From Adineta vaga (Eukaryota; Animalia; Rotifera), in assembly GCA_021613535.1 (NCBI GenBank), contig CP075496.1, positions 4,278,001 through 4,342,000 of the forward strand: a stretch of 64,000 bases of DNA. Reading direction: 5' to 3'. The notes beneath the pieces are model-generated. The model searched no databases. It was given only the letters and a program-made list of their open reading frames with translations, and was not told the DNA's origin. Numbering within the stretch: position 1 is the stretch's first letter; every line of letters begins with the position of its first letter. The translations under genes and the position numbers were made by a program. This document shows positions 52,521 to 64,000 of this stretch, one piece after another.

Positions 52521-54192
52521 CTATGTCTGATTCATCAAACTTTTGTCTTTAATATCTTTTAACGTTTGAGTATCTTGAAGAAGTTGATCAAGATTATTTT
52601 CACATTTAGTTACAGATTTAATATAATAATCTCGATCACCTAAGATTAAATATAAGTTTGCTTGAACAGCAAAGATATTTTCAAGTCTGGGATAAAATTC
52701 AAATGGACATGAATAACATTGATGTCGTTCTCGATCCATTATACGAATATCAACAATGGAATCATTTGGATGAATAACACGAAAATTATCATCGAATAAA
52801 ATATGATGTGAAGTAGGATGACGATCATCGGGATCAAACCAGATAGGTTTAGATGTCGTATAATGATAATTTTTTTGACACCATGCATTAAAATCATCTT
52901 TTATTGCATGAATACCATGTCCACGTTCTAATTTCTCTCGAATGGCAAATTCATCTTCAATTGTTTGCATTTCCTCATCGTCTTCAAATTTTATTCGAAG
53001 AGATATTGTTCTATCGTCTATTCGTTTTATAAAACCAGGTTCATGATTAACATCTAAAGTTCGATTGAATTGAAATGATGGATGTTCATTGGAAAGAATA
53101 CGTTGAGCATTGAGAAGAAAATTTTTACAATCATCACCCATTGTTCGTAAATATATCACAAAATCTCGATCTGTTTCTTGTAAATATTGAATTAAACGAA
53201 AGAATGATGGTAATACATAATGATATAATGTACCATTAGATGAACGATAACCATTGACAGGTACTTGATTTTTATGAAGAATTGATGGACGTCGTTTACG
53301 TTCATTCTCATTTGGAACAGTATGGGATGAAGTCGAAGATTGTTCTTCTAATGTTAATATTTGATCTTCACGTTCTCGTTCAGGACTTTTTAATTCATAA
53401 TATCTCAATAATTCAATTAATTGATCATAAAATTGACGAAAACGTTGTCCTTCATTTGTTACAAAACTTCCCGTTTTGAAACGTAATTGTTTTCGATCAA
53501 TTGCTTCTTTAACAATTTGATTTTCTAAATATTTAAAATATGTTATACAATGTGGGCAATTAGCTGGTTTTTCAAGTGATGGTGATGTTGATATCCATTC
53601 CCATTCTCCATTATCTTTTTCATAACCCCAAAGAACGCCCGTTAAAAAATTGTTTACACCTAGAAGAAAATAAATGTATATGTATATTTTATGAGTCACT
53701 CGTATCGTATTATATCTCAAACTACGAAGTAAACGTGAATGTATATAAAAACAAAATCATTACTCTAGTAAATAAATACTTTTTTTTATTGATCATTATT
53801 ATTGGAAGAAAAAAAGGTTCAAATTTTATTTTTCCAATGTGATATTATCTCTCCTAATGATATATTATCGAAAAATTAAGAATACATGAGATATCTAAGT
53901 TCGTTCTAATAATTTGTAAAACTGACAAACCTTGTTCAATGGTTGTTGCTGAAACATTATTAGCAACCTAGAATATTGAAATAAAAATGCGAAAGAATAT
54001 ATTAATCAAAATTTAACCTACTTCTAATGTATTTCGATTATCGAAATGTAGAATTAATTTTCGTCGTTTTGATGACGGATTATTATTTATAACTTTTGTA
54101 TATTCATATCCATTTGATAATAGTTTCGTTGATATAACTAAATCATTTTCACGTGGTTTCGATTGATTCATTGATAAATTATCATCACTCAT
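52521..54192 (-). CDS. Uncharacterised protein with HAD-superfamily-like motifs; 3 exons
   Basis: Spliced MSDDNLSM...RRKLILHFDNRNTLE|VANNVSATTIEQ|GVNNFLTGVLWG...; VLPSFFRLIQYL..DFVIYLRTMG (motif II-like); HHILFDDN (motif IV-like); long intact ORF 52521-53660. Confidence 0.75.
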
Positions 54193-54524
54193 ATCACTAA
54201 AAAAAATCTATCTTATCGTTCGGTGGTTAAGAAAAGTTCAAAAACATCCAATCTATAAAAGATTGAAAAAAGAAATATTGAAAGAATTGATTAGTTTCTT
54301 ATATTTTTTTATCCAATTTATTGCCTGTTACAAATACACTATATAAAGAGAAAAAAAGAACTATACGAGTTCGAACACGTCGTCATTATAACCGTTGATG
54401 ACAAAGAAAAATATGAAAAGAAAAAAAGAAAGAAGAAGAAAAAAACGAAGAAAGAAAAAGTAAAGAGTATACAAGAAAATATTTTTTTCTACTTTTCTGC
54501 AAAAATATGAATTATGCCTCGGGC

Positions 54525-54537
54525 GTAACCGAGTAAC
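54525..54537. promoter_or_regulatory. RFX X-box upstream of the HAD-like gene
   Basis: GTAACC-G-AGTAAC matches GTNRCC(N0-3)RGYAAC exactly; ~330 bp upstream of ATG 54192. Confidence 0.5.
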
Positions 54538-56188
54538 ACATACTTTTCATTGCTATTAGTTCAAAGACACTGAAAGAACATAACAGCATTTTTTTTCTCG
54601 ATTCGTCCAGAGTGTTTCTTTACTTTTATGCAGCTGAAGAGCGGTCTTCATTATTATTATTCTTTCTTCCTTTTCTTTCTCTCTCTCTCTTTCACTTATT
54701 TCTTGTCATGAATGTCGATCGAAGAAACTAAAGAACAGTATATATGAATATATTTTTGAGCTCAAATACATCATGCATATATGTGTATTAAAGAATGAAA
54801 GAACGAGAAGGAAAAAGAATTTAATGAGAAAAAAAAACTATCAAGCAAATAATGGAGTATTGTGATTCGAAAAATCTCGTTTGTTGTTGTTTTTCTCGAC
54901 TTAAATGATCAGTTATTGTGAACATTCGAAAGATGAATAATGCTTCAGGGAATCTATTTCGAATGTGAAAATAAACAGATGATAATCATGATGAATTGAT
55001 AGATCACGGCCTAAAGATAATAATCATTACTTTTATTCAAATCATATATGAATATCGGTCATCATTGAATTCATTCGTAGTTTGAGCTGTTTTGCACTTA
55101 AAAATCTCTTAGAATTATTCAATGTTAATGAATAATACGCAGAATTTCGCGAAAAACAGTTATTGTAGTCGGAATTTGTTTATTGAAAATAAGGGGTGTA
55201 TGTTTACTCCTACTGTTCTTCATTATTGTTTGCAGAGAACGAAAATCGAACTTCGTTCTGTTTCTTTTCTTCGTCAGAGAATAAATATAAAAATGTATCG
55301 ACGATCTAAAAATAATTCATATGTCATCAATAGTGTTTTTTCTAAATGAATAAAGATGTTTGAAAGTTTCCAGTTAGTTACTAAAAAAAATGCTAATTTT
55401 TGACTTCAAATAGTTGCTCTTGTAGCCATATGAACGATTTTGAAGATGTTGACAGTTTTTCATTAGTTTAACAACAACAACAACAATGCTGTTATAAATT
55501 AATAATATTTATTCCCATGAGAACGAATGATTACCAAAAGTAACTGAACATTTTTGTATAGTAGGTTTTTTTTACTTGTCCGACATACTTTTCTGTTTAT
55601 GTCCCATATGTCTATCAAAGATATCTTTTTGAATAGAATAATTAATTATCAATAGCTAGATCAATTGATTATTTTGAATTTCTTTGAAGGATTGTCAAAA
55701 ATAAGTTTAATGAAAAGGAATAATTTAGTAATGTATTATGTGAAAGAAAATCAAAAGTACTCCTCTCAGTTTTTCTTAATATAACTGTTGATATTTTCAA
55801 ATTGTCGAGAATGGGTTTACTAAGGAGAGAGATATTCTGTAGAAAAGAACATTTTCATTATTGTACATACTAACTAAATTAAAAGTGGCGAAACTCACAA
55901 TTTATAATATGACGTCAATACTTAGATAGGGCTTCTAAATAAAAGCAATTTTCATCTCTTATAAGACGTATATGGTTGTATTAGTATTGATTTTGATAAT
56001 AATCTCAGTTTATCATAGTAATAGCAAGCTAACGTAAATGAATTCTTTTCTACTAACCATGCCTTTTCAGTTTAGAAAGTATAAGAACTATGTCAAACAT
56101 TTTTCTTGAAAATCTTTTTTTTTATTCTTTGTTGCTCGACTAAAATATAAGATATTCATGATAACGATGAAAATATTTTTCGAAACAA

Positions 56189-57981
56189 TCATTTCGTGAA
56201 ATTTGGATCTTTGATAATATCCATTTTATAATCTGGACGAATTGCTCGAGTAAAACTATCAGCATATAGATCCAGACGTTGTGTCATTCGAAAACCCCAT
56301 TTATCTTTCATCTGACGGCACAGATTTAGATCACAATCAGCAACTAGGAGGCCATCACGAATTCGAGATAAACCCTAAAAAGACAAACAAATGTTCATTT
56401 GAAATCAGATTCTTCTCTTCATCTCAAAAGATATAACATACAGGTGTTCGACTACCATCTGGTGCTGCTATATAACTACTTCCTATAACAAAGAAAACCA
56501 TAATAGATTCATGCAAACATTTCATTCCTACCATAAAAATGTCCGAAACTTTTATGAGCTGATTTTCCATCACCACTAGTAAATTCATTAGGGAATGTTT
56601 CTGTTCCAACTCGATTAATACCGACTGCAAAATAACTATTAGCAATAGCTGCATTACGTGCTTCAATACTCCATAATGGTTCACTAAATATATCATATTA
56701 TAATGTTTATGTTTAAACAACAAATTAATTGTTACCTGAGTGCTCCAACTGTCGCACTTGGATTAAAGACAACTGAAATAAAGGTTTTGTTTCGTTTTAT
56801 TTTGTTTTATATTTGAAAAATGAATCCTACTTTCTGCGCCATTGACACCATACATAAGCCAATTTTGTGGATGATGCCGTCCATAACAAATATTCACACC
56901 AATACGACCTAGAAAGAAACGAATTACATTCAATTCAAATAAACATAATCATGAGATAATATACCGAATTCTGTTTCAAATACTTTATGACCTGTATTTC
57001 CTTCCATATAATAAGTAGACTAAAATAGAATAATATGAAATTAATTTATCCAAAAATTCAATTGAGCAAAAATTACTTCATTGAAATCACCAACTAAAAA
57101 CAAATAGAAATGATAATGTGAAATTATATAATAAATTTATTGAAATTCTACCTCTTGGAATATGATTTTTTCTTGTAATTCCAATAACATTTCCATGATT
57201 TGAAATAATCACTGCTGTATTCCAGAAAACATCACCATGTTGTTCATCACGTTCTAAGATTGGACTAACAATGACCATATTATATTTTTTGGCTCTCTAA
57301 ATTTTCCGTTGAATACAAAACAAAAATCTTTCTTTTCAATTGATTTCTTACTTCGGCAAGAAATTTAGTTGATGGTCCATCGTATGCAGATTCAGCAAAT
57401 TCTACCCATGGATATTTTTCACGTGTACAAAAAGCAAATGGCATTGCTAAAATATTAACGAAATTATTTCTCAAAAAGTCCTAATCAAATCGACTGCATA
57501 CTCCATGCTTCTTGCATGCAAATAACATTCACTTGACATTCATGAGCAACAGCAAGTATTTGATCAATACGTTTATGAATAGCATCTCTCTATGTTAATA
57601 GTTGACGATGTTTTTCAAAAGCAATAATGAATTTAATCATACCTGTTCATGAACAGGAGCGTCGGTTGGTTTTTGAATTGTATTTTGAATAGCACCAATT
57701 CGAACTAAACGTTCAGGTCGTAATTGTTCATTTTGTGCTACTTTGATTTGATAACCTTGAAGATCAAAATTATTCTTCTTTGCCGTTTCTTTTGCACTAG
57801 ATGGTAATTCTAAATCACTAAAGCAGACAAAAATATCATCAATATCAATGTTATTGTTTGCTATTTACACTGAACCAGGTCCACGAAGTGATAAATTAAC
57901 TTTCTTAAGAACATCTTCGGGTAAATGTTCAGCAAGAATTGCTTCTAAACTTTCGAATTTATCGTCTAAACAAGCTGCCAT
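56189..57981 (-). CDS. UPB1: Beta-ureidopropionase (nitrilase superfamily); ~13 exons including a 17-nt exon (57077-57093, VGDFNE)
   Basis: [110 protein letters not shown]; E-K-C triad intact. Confidence 0.97.
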
Positions 57982-58615
57982 TTTATCTAAAAAGAGCAAA
58001 AAAATCAACTATATACATTCTACTTTGTTGATACTTAGTTGAAATGTCAACAATAGTTAAATGAAAGTAAACATTCAGATAAGAATGAGTCTCATTCGAA
58101 AAAAAGGTTGGTCAGAACGAAGAAAAAACAAGCGTTCTGTATAGAAAAATCGACATATATATATATATATATTAATAAAGGGGTAATCTGAGAGGTGCGT
58201 AAGTAGAACAGAAATTATTTTATATTGCGATGCATTTATTGAATCCTTCAATTAACAGATAATTTGTTATCTTTTTCTCAGTGACTCGTTTAGTGATAAT
58301 GTTATTCGTGTTTCTTTTTCAATGCCAGATCGATCGTCAGTTGAGTGTGGTTTCAAATCGGACGATAGAAAATTGGAGAAGTAACGAATTCTGTCAACAT
58401 AATATTTGTTTAGTGCATTTTTTTATCGATTATCAAAATAAAAGGAACGTGAGTACAGACAGCTGTGAATGTTCGATTTCATCAATGAGAAAAACACGAT
58501 ATTTTGAAAAATACCGAGTTTATTTTGAATAGAAAAAAAAGAAATATGTGGAAAGACATAATGAAATATAAAAAAGATCTTTTAAATGTCATTTTAAATG
58601 TTAAAAATATATTTT

Positions 58616-59191
58616 TCAATTGAGCATTTCAAATAATTTGCCTTTTTTCCAACCGACTAATGTTTGCTTTTGAGCTACACCACTTGTTATAGTAGCTGGA
58701 AATTGTAAACATGCATAATCATTACTGGTATCATCGGCTTTAATTTCAAGTTTAACATAGAGTGAAAGTGATGGATATGATGATAAAACCGGTAAAGACA
58801 TTGTAGCAATATTAGTATCATCTGCATTGATTGGACATTTGACACCCATATTACAAGCGTTAGGATCAGATAATGGAAATGGAATTGGAATACCACCAAT
58901 CACACCTATGTGTTAATCGAAAGGAAAGATATGAGATTATTTCAAAGATAGAATTTTATTTGATTTACCGTGAATGCTGACTGAAGCTGTTTTAGATGCA
59001 GATTTTGATTGAAATCCTAAATTCATTGTGTAATTATGACCTTTGGCAAATTTACATGGAGCTGTTGTGCAACCGGTAACATCGAATGATTGGATAGTAC
59101 CAGCTGTAGAACCACAGTCTTTGTATGGTGTTGCTGTCCATATGGAATTTATAGAGCAAAGAAAAGCAGCGAGGAGAAATAATCGTGACAT
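58616..59191 (-). CDS. NPC2: NPC2/ML-domain sterol-binding protein; 2 exons
   Basis: Signal peptide; YKDCGS, VTGCTTAPCKF, HGVIGGIPIPFPLSDPNAC, VKCPI, LPVLSSYPS, ACLQFPA; six conserved cysteines. Confidence 0.93.
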
Positions 59192-60317
59192 AATTCTATT
59201 GTCTAAAAATATGAAAACTTCTCAATAAAATATAATGAAAGAAAAACCAGTGTTTCTGAGCGTTTTTATTCTGAAAGATAATAATGGCGTGATACTCGAA
59301 ACATCCATGTATATCTAGGTGAAATTCTGGCGTCATTTCGTGTTTCTAAAATAAAGTTTATCTCGGTCTATTACTTCATCTTTTCTTGATGTTTGCAATT
59401 TATTTCACACACGATTCTGTATATTTCGACGATATACACAATAAAAACTGAAGAAAAGTAGATCAATAAATACATGAATACACGCACACACACATGATTG
59501 GATAGGAGATAGACTGTGCTGTATAAACAAGAGACAAGCGAGAATAGAACACGAAAAGAAAAGATAGGTGTATTGAAGACGATAGAAAATGCTTTTTCAC
59601 AATTAGGGAAAAAATTATATGAAGACTGGGTGAGCAAGGCGGTTATTTTCTTCACACATTTCGTAATGTTAATCATTTTAGCTAGAATATAAATATATAT
59701 GTATATAATTTTTGGACTGCAACTTAATATCACAATTGTCCTTACTCACAAGAAAAAACTGCGTTAGTATTATTATTAAGTATTCTGTTTGTTTTTTTTT
59801 GTTCCTTCAAGAAGAAAAGAAGACGAAAACAAGCAAGCGCAGCACATCTGACAACTGATGATGAGTAATAATGAACAAATCATGAATATACTGAATCGCG
59901 TGGCAGAGTATAAACTCGGTTTATATGAGAGATAAAGAGCAAGTATCAGATTCGAACGAAATCATCTAGCATATGCACACTACTACTTCAATAGAAGAGA
60001 AAACAAATGAAAAAGAAATCAGATCGATAGAATATAAGCAAAACACAACAGTTTGAGCATCAGATAAGAACATAATGAGAGAATGAATCAGTAGGAAAAT
60101 ATAAAAGAAAGAGAGAAAGAAAAAAAGAAAGAAAATGAAGAAATAAACAAAACGTAAGGAGAGAAGAAAAATGCAAAACACACACAATGTACAATATAAT
60201 GATGAATTTGTTTCTTTTTATATGTGCAATATGCCGCATAGAATTCACTGTTCAAAAGAAAAGAATATAGAGAACCACCGGGTCACAAAGACAACCAAAT
60301 GAAGCACATGTGAAGAA

Positions 60318-63300
60318 TTAAACAGCTGTCACTTGTTCATGTTCGTCGAAGTCGACAGTTGATCCTTCTAAAAAAACATAAAAACGAAGTTTTCAATACA
60401 AAATTAGAAATTTCATATCACAGTCAGTTGGTAAGGATGAAAAAAAACAGAGGACCAAATAATATATATTATAAAAAACAATCTTGCAAGTATATCTGTG
60501 TCTTTATTTATTCTACAGAAAATCGCAATGCTTACACAACATCTTCTCGAGAGAAATATCCTTGAAATTAATGAAATATATTCTTTTGTAAGTTTTATTA
60601 TGATTATTTACCTGGATTTGTTTCATCATTTGTAGTGACTTCATTATGAGATTGAGAACGTTGCAACCATTGTCGTTTTGTTTTAGGTGTATGTACAACA
60701 TCAACTTGAGATGCTAAAACAAGCGATAGGAAACGAATTCTTTGCAATGAATAGTGTGATCATATTAAGTACCAGATGTAACAGAAGGTGATTGTGGTAA
60801 TGGTGGTCGATTTCGAACACGAATTGAAGAAAATCCATCACTAATTGTACTAGATGACCTTTCACTACCATCGCCGACACCTAGAATAATTTTTATTTTT
60901 TCATAAGAAATAATCAAGAAATTTATTATAATATACAAGTATCTGTAGAATTCAGACTACCACGTCCTGAGTCTCCACCTTCTCTTCCCAATTCATTATT
61001 GTTTTGATTTGCTATTAATAATACATCATTATTGTCATCGATCGATATGCTATTTCTAAACTTACGAGTATGAGTTCGAATAAGATGCAAATATGACGAC
61101 GACGACGACGATGATGATGATGCTGGTTGTTTAAAATTCAAACTTGAACTTTCACTTGTCAACTTATTTGTATCACGCATCTTAGCTATATGATGATGAT
61201 GATGTTGTCGCTGATGCGGTATTTCACTTAATGAAGAGAGTCCTGTTGTTGTTGACGATGTCGAGTTAGATAATAATGGTGATCCCGCATTATTTAATGA
61301 AGTTACGCTCGAAGGACTAGATGATGCTGATACATGATTATTTCGTAGTGGTGTTCGGGTTTTGCTTTGATGGTTACTATCCGATAGGCGAAGTAATTTG
61401 TTAACTGCATCTGGTGATTGTGTACCTAAGAAGGGAAAAACATAAGATGAAATAGTTGTTGTTCAGGAAAATCAAGAGACAATACGAAAAGAAAAATAGA
61501 ACGTGCAAATATTGAAAATAATAACATAACAACATAAAATGTCCTTCTTTCAATTTTACCTGAATAACTTGCTAAACAGAGAAAGAGAAATGAATAGACG
61601 CTTTTCTTCAAAATCTCTTCTAAACTGAAGTCATGTCTTGACTAGAATATTTACATACCAAATTTAGTTAATTGTATTGTACCACCACTACCACCACCGC
61701 CGCCGCCATTATTACTACCACCGGCACGACGATCACATGATGAATTGGATGATAAACTTGACGTTGAAGGTGATGGTCGTCGTTTTAGTGTACTTACTAA
61801 AGAAGAAAAATCAATAAATATATATCTCATTATCATCAAAATGAATATGATATCATTCAAGAGCAAGCAGTAAACTGGTTGATGCAATTATGTAAAAACA
61901 AAATGGTTAGAGGCTGTGTTTTTTGTTGTATCAGCTGAAATACCATTGAGAAGAACGGTTTTCAAGGCGCTGAATGATGTTGACGTAGGATTCGTTCGTG
62001 GTCGAAGAGAAGAATTCGATTGAACTTCTTCATCCTCTGTTATAGCAGTCATTTTTTCGTCATCAAAACCAGTAGTACTATTTCCTTCCAATCCTGTTGG
62101 ACTATTTGGTGCAGTCAAAATTACAAAGTCATTTTCGTCACTGAACAATGTGAGGCCAGTCAATAGTGCCGATGGAGATGCCAATGCATTGCCTCCCCCA
62201 ACTAAAGGAAATAAACGTGCGAATATTTTCAATAAATAAACAAAGAACAGTAGATATATGTATAGAAAACAAAGACATGCGCATAAATTCTTGTCATATT
62301 CTCACCAAGTTCATTTATTTTTTGATTTGTTTGCTCAAGAAAATGAAAAACTAGAAAAGAAATCTCGTTTGAACTTATCCATTATTAAATCTCGCAATTT
62401 TTTATTGTAGAAATTTCGTTATGAGAATATCAAATCAGCGAAATGAAGTTTTTACCTGGTTCACATTGGTTGACTATGTCAAGTAGGCGATTTTCATCTT
62501 CAATAATTTCAGCATTATTCAAATAGGTTTTCACTTTTTTAACCATTAATGCCTAAATAAAACAAAAACAATGACGATAAGAGAAGATTTATCGAAAAAT
62601 CTTTACTTCATCATAAACTCGTTTAGCATTAGCCATGACAGATAATCGAGTAGCTGTTTGATGACGACGTATTGTACCAGTTGAATCAACCGATGATTGA
62701 TGTACAAAACCAGCAAAAACTTGTGGATGAGATGTTGGCGAATCGAACATATTAGAAATATCCTACAAAGTAATTTAATAATTAGAATGTATAAAGAAAT
62801 ATTCTTTTGTTTACATAAGGACAAGACGCCATGTTTGTTATATGACGAATTTCTTTTGCAATCATACGAAGTTTTTCAAAATTGATCTAAAGAAAAGATA
62901 TAAAACAATCAGTATACTTTAAATATTATTTTCTCTAAGTTTTATTACAAGGCCTTCCTCTTGAGTTGCATTTCCCAAATGAATAAAAGTTAAATCTTTC
63001 ATACACACCGGAAACATGGGAATCTAGAAAGTAGAGAAAATCATTGAATTCATTGACTTGACAATTACTTTTGATAACTTACAATCGGTGGAGTAACTAA
63101 TTCATTTTTTAGTAAATTTCGATATACGGACATATTTCGAGATAGATCAAGCAAAGATTTCAGTTCCTAAAAGAAATATAAAACACATATTGTACTTTTT
63201 CTTTTATACGTTTTCAATAGAAACGATAACATATATCAATTCATTTCTAAGTCAACGGAAAACTAAGACTATACAATTTTTAATAGACTCAATCAATGAA

Positions 63301-63956
63301 TAGGGAAGACTGATTAGAGATGATTTACTTCAAACAATTTTTTATATTTGTCTGGTACACGTTCCCATGTGGCTTGTAAACGTTGTACTGCTTTATGATC
63401 TAATCCACTAACAATTGCAAACATTGAATTGAAATTTTTCATATCTTTACAACATTCTAAAATACAAGAAATCGATTCGTTCTTCTCTCTTTTGTAATTC
63501 GATCTTCGTTACTTACTAGCAATTTTAATAAAATGTTTAATAACTTTTGATCGTTGCATCAGATTACTTTCACGTATAATATCAGTTATTGTCCAATACA
63601 TTTCCTTATTTGGTAGCTTAAGAAATTTTTCTAGATGTGGAATACCATATGTAGATTTTAATTTAAATATATGATCAATATATTCCGTTGTTTGAATAGC
63701 TTTAAACATGGAAAAATCTCGTAGAGTTAATTGTGCACAAATTTCCAATGCATCTAATTGAAGAAAAGTAATACGTGCTTCACGTATTAATTCATTCGAT
63801 AAATGATCAGGTACAAGTGTTTCAGTTGAATGATTATTTTTCAAATAATAACGAGCATTGACTGGAAGACGTTCAGGTAGATTATCAATATGATCTGGGA
63901 GACGTTTTTGTTTGATAACACCATTTTCAACAGATACTTCACATAATGAATAACAT
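60318..63956 (-). CDS. RAPGEF2: PDZ-GEF (RAPGEF2/6) 3' portion: end of RA domain, CDC25 RasGEF domain, low-complexity tail; continues beyond the window
   Basis: [111 protein letters not shown]; terminal DEHEQVTAV* matches the family EQVSAV PDZ ligand. Confidence 0.93.
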
Positions 63957-64000
63957 CTAAACAGACGAAAACAAGTGATTTATTCAATGTTGAGCTATAC

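Noticed and set aside
1-64000. Horizontally acquired bacterial/fungal genes or operon-like systems
   Set aside because: All recognised genes are intron-containing animal-type families; only the HAD-like gene is of uncertain origin and is flagged above.

Overview
AT-rich, gene-dense metazoan DNA with many ~50-60 nt GT-AG introns. Intron style and gene content suggest a bdelloid rotifer; this is an inference. In order the window holds: the 3' end of alpha-spectrin; CPLANE1; SDCCAG8; a RING/B-box/coiled-coil TRIM lacking NHL repeats; a Cys-loop receptor subunit with an anion-type PAK pore motif; three IAP (BIR) paralogues interspersed with a pogo-type MITE and decayed retroelement remnants; a p24/TMED gene; an atypical TGF-beta ligand; a group I-like mGluR; an uncharacterised HAD-like gene; beta-ureidopropionase; NPC2; and the 3' part of RAPGEF2/6. 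No prokaryotic-type system (CRISPR, operon) is present. The best leads are: (1) the IAP locus, with an identical 13-bp Rel-like motif upstream of all three paralogues, a sharply bounded 470-bp near-identical inverted patch making a chimeric RING-less copy, and several same-direction frameshifts; (2) a run of ciliopathy-gene homologues with RFX X-box-like sites, plus a perfect X-box on the orphan HAD-like gene; (3) the anion-type nAChR-like subunit with a remodelled ligand pocket; (4) a TGF-beta ligand lacking the dimer cysteine; (5) hidden small exons in RAPGEF. All exon boundaries and homologies were read by eye; no searches were run.
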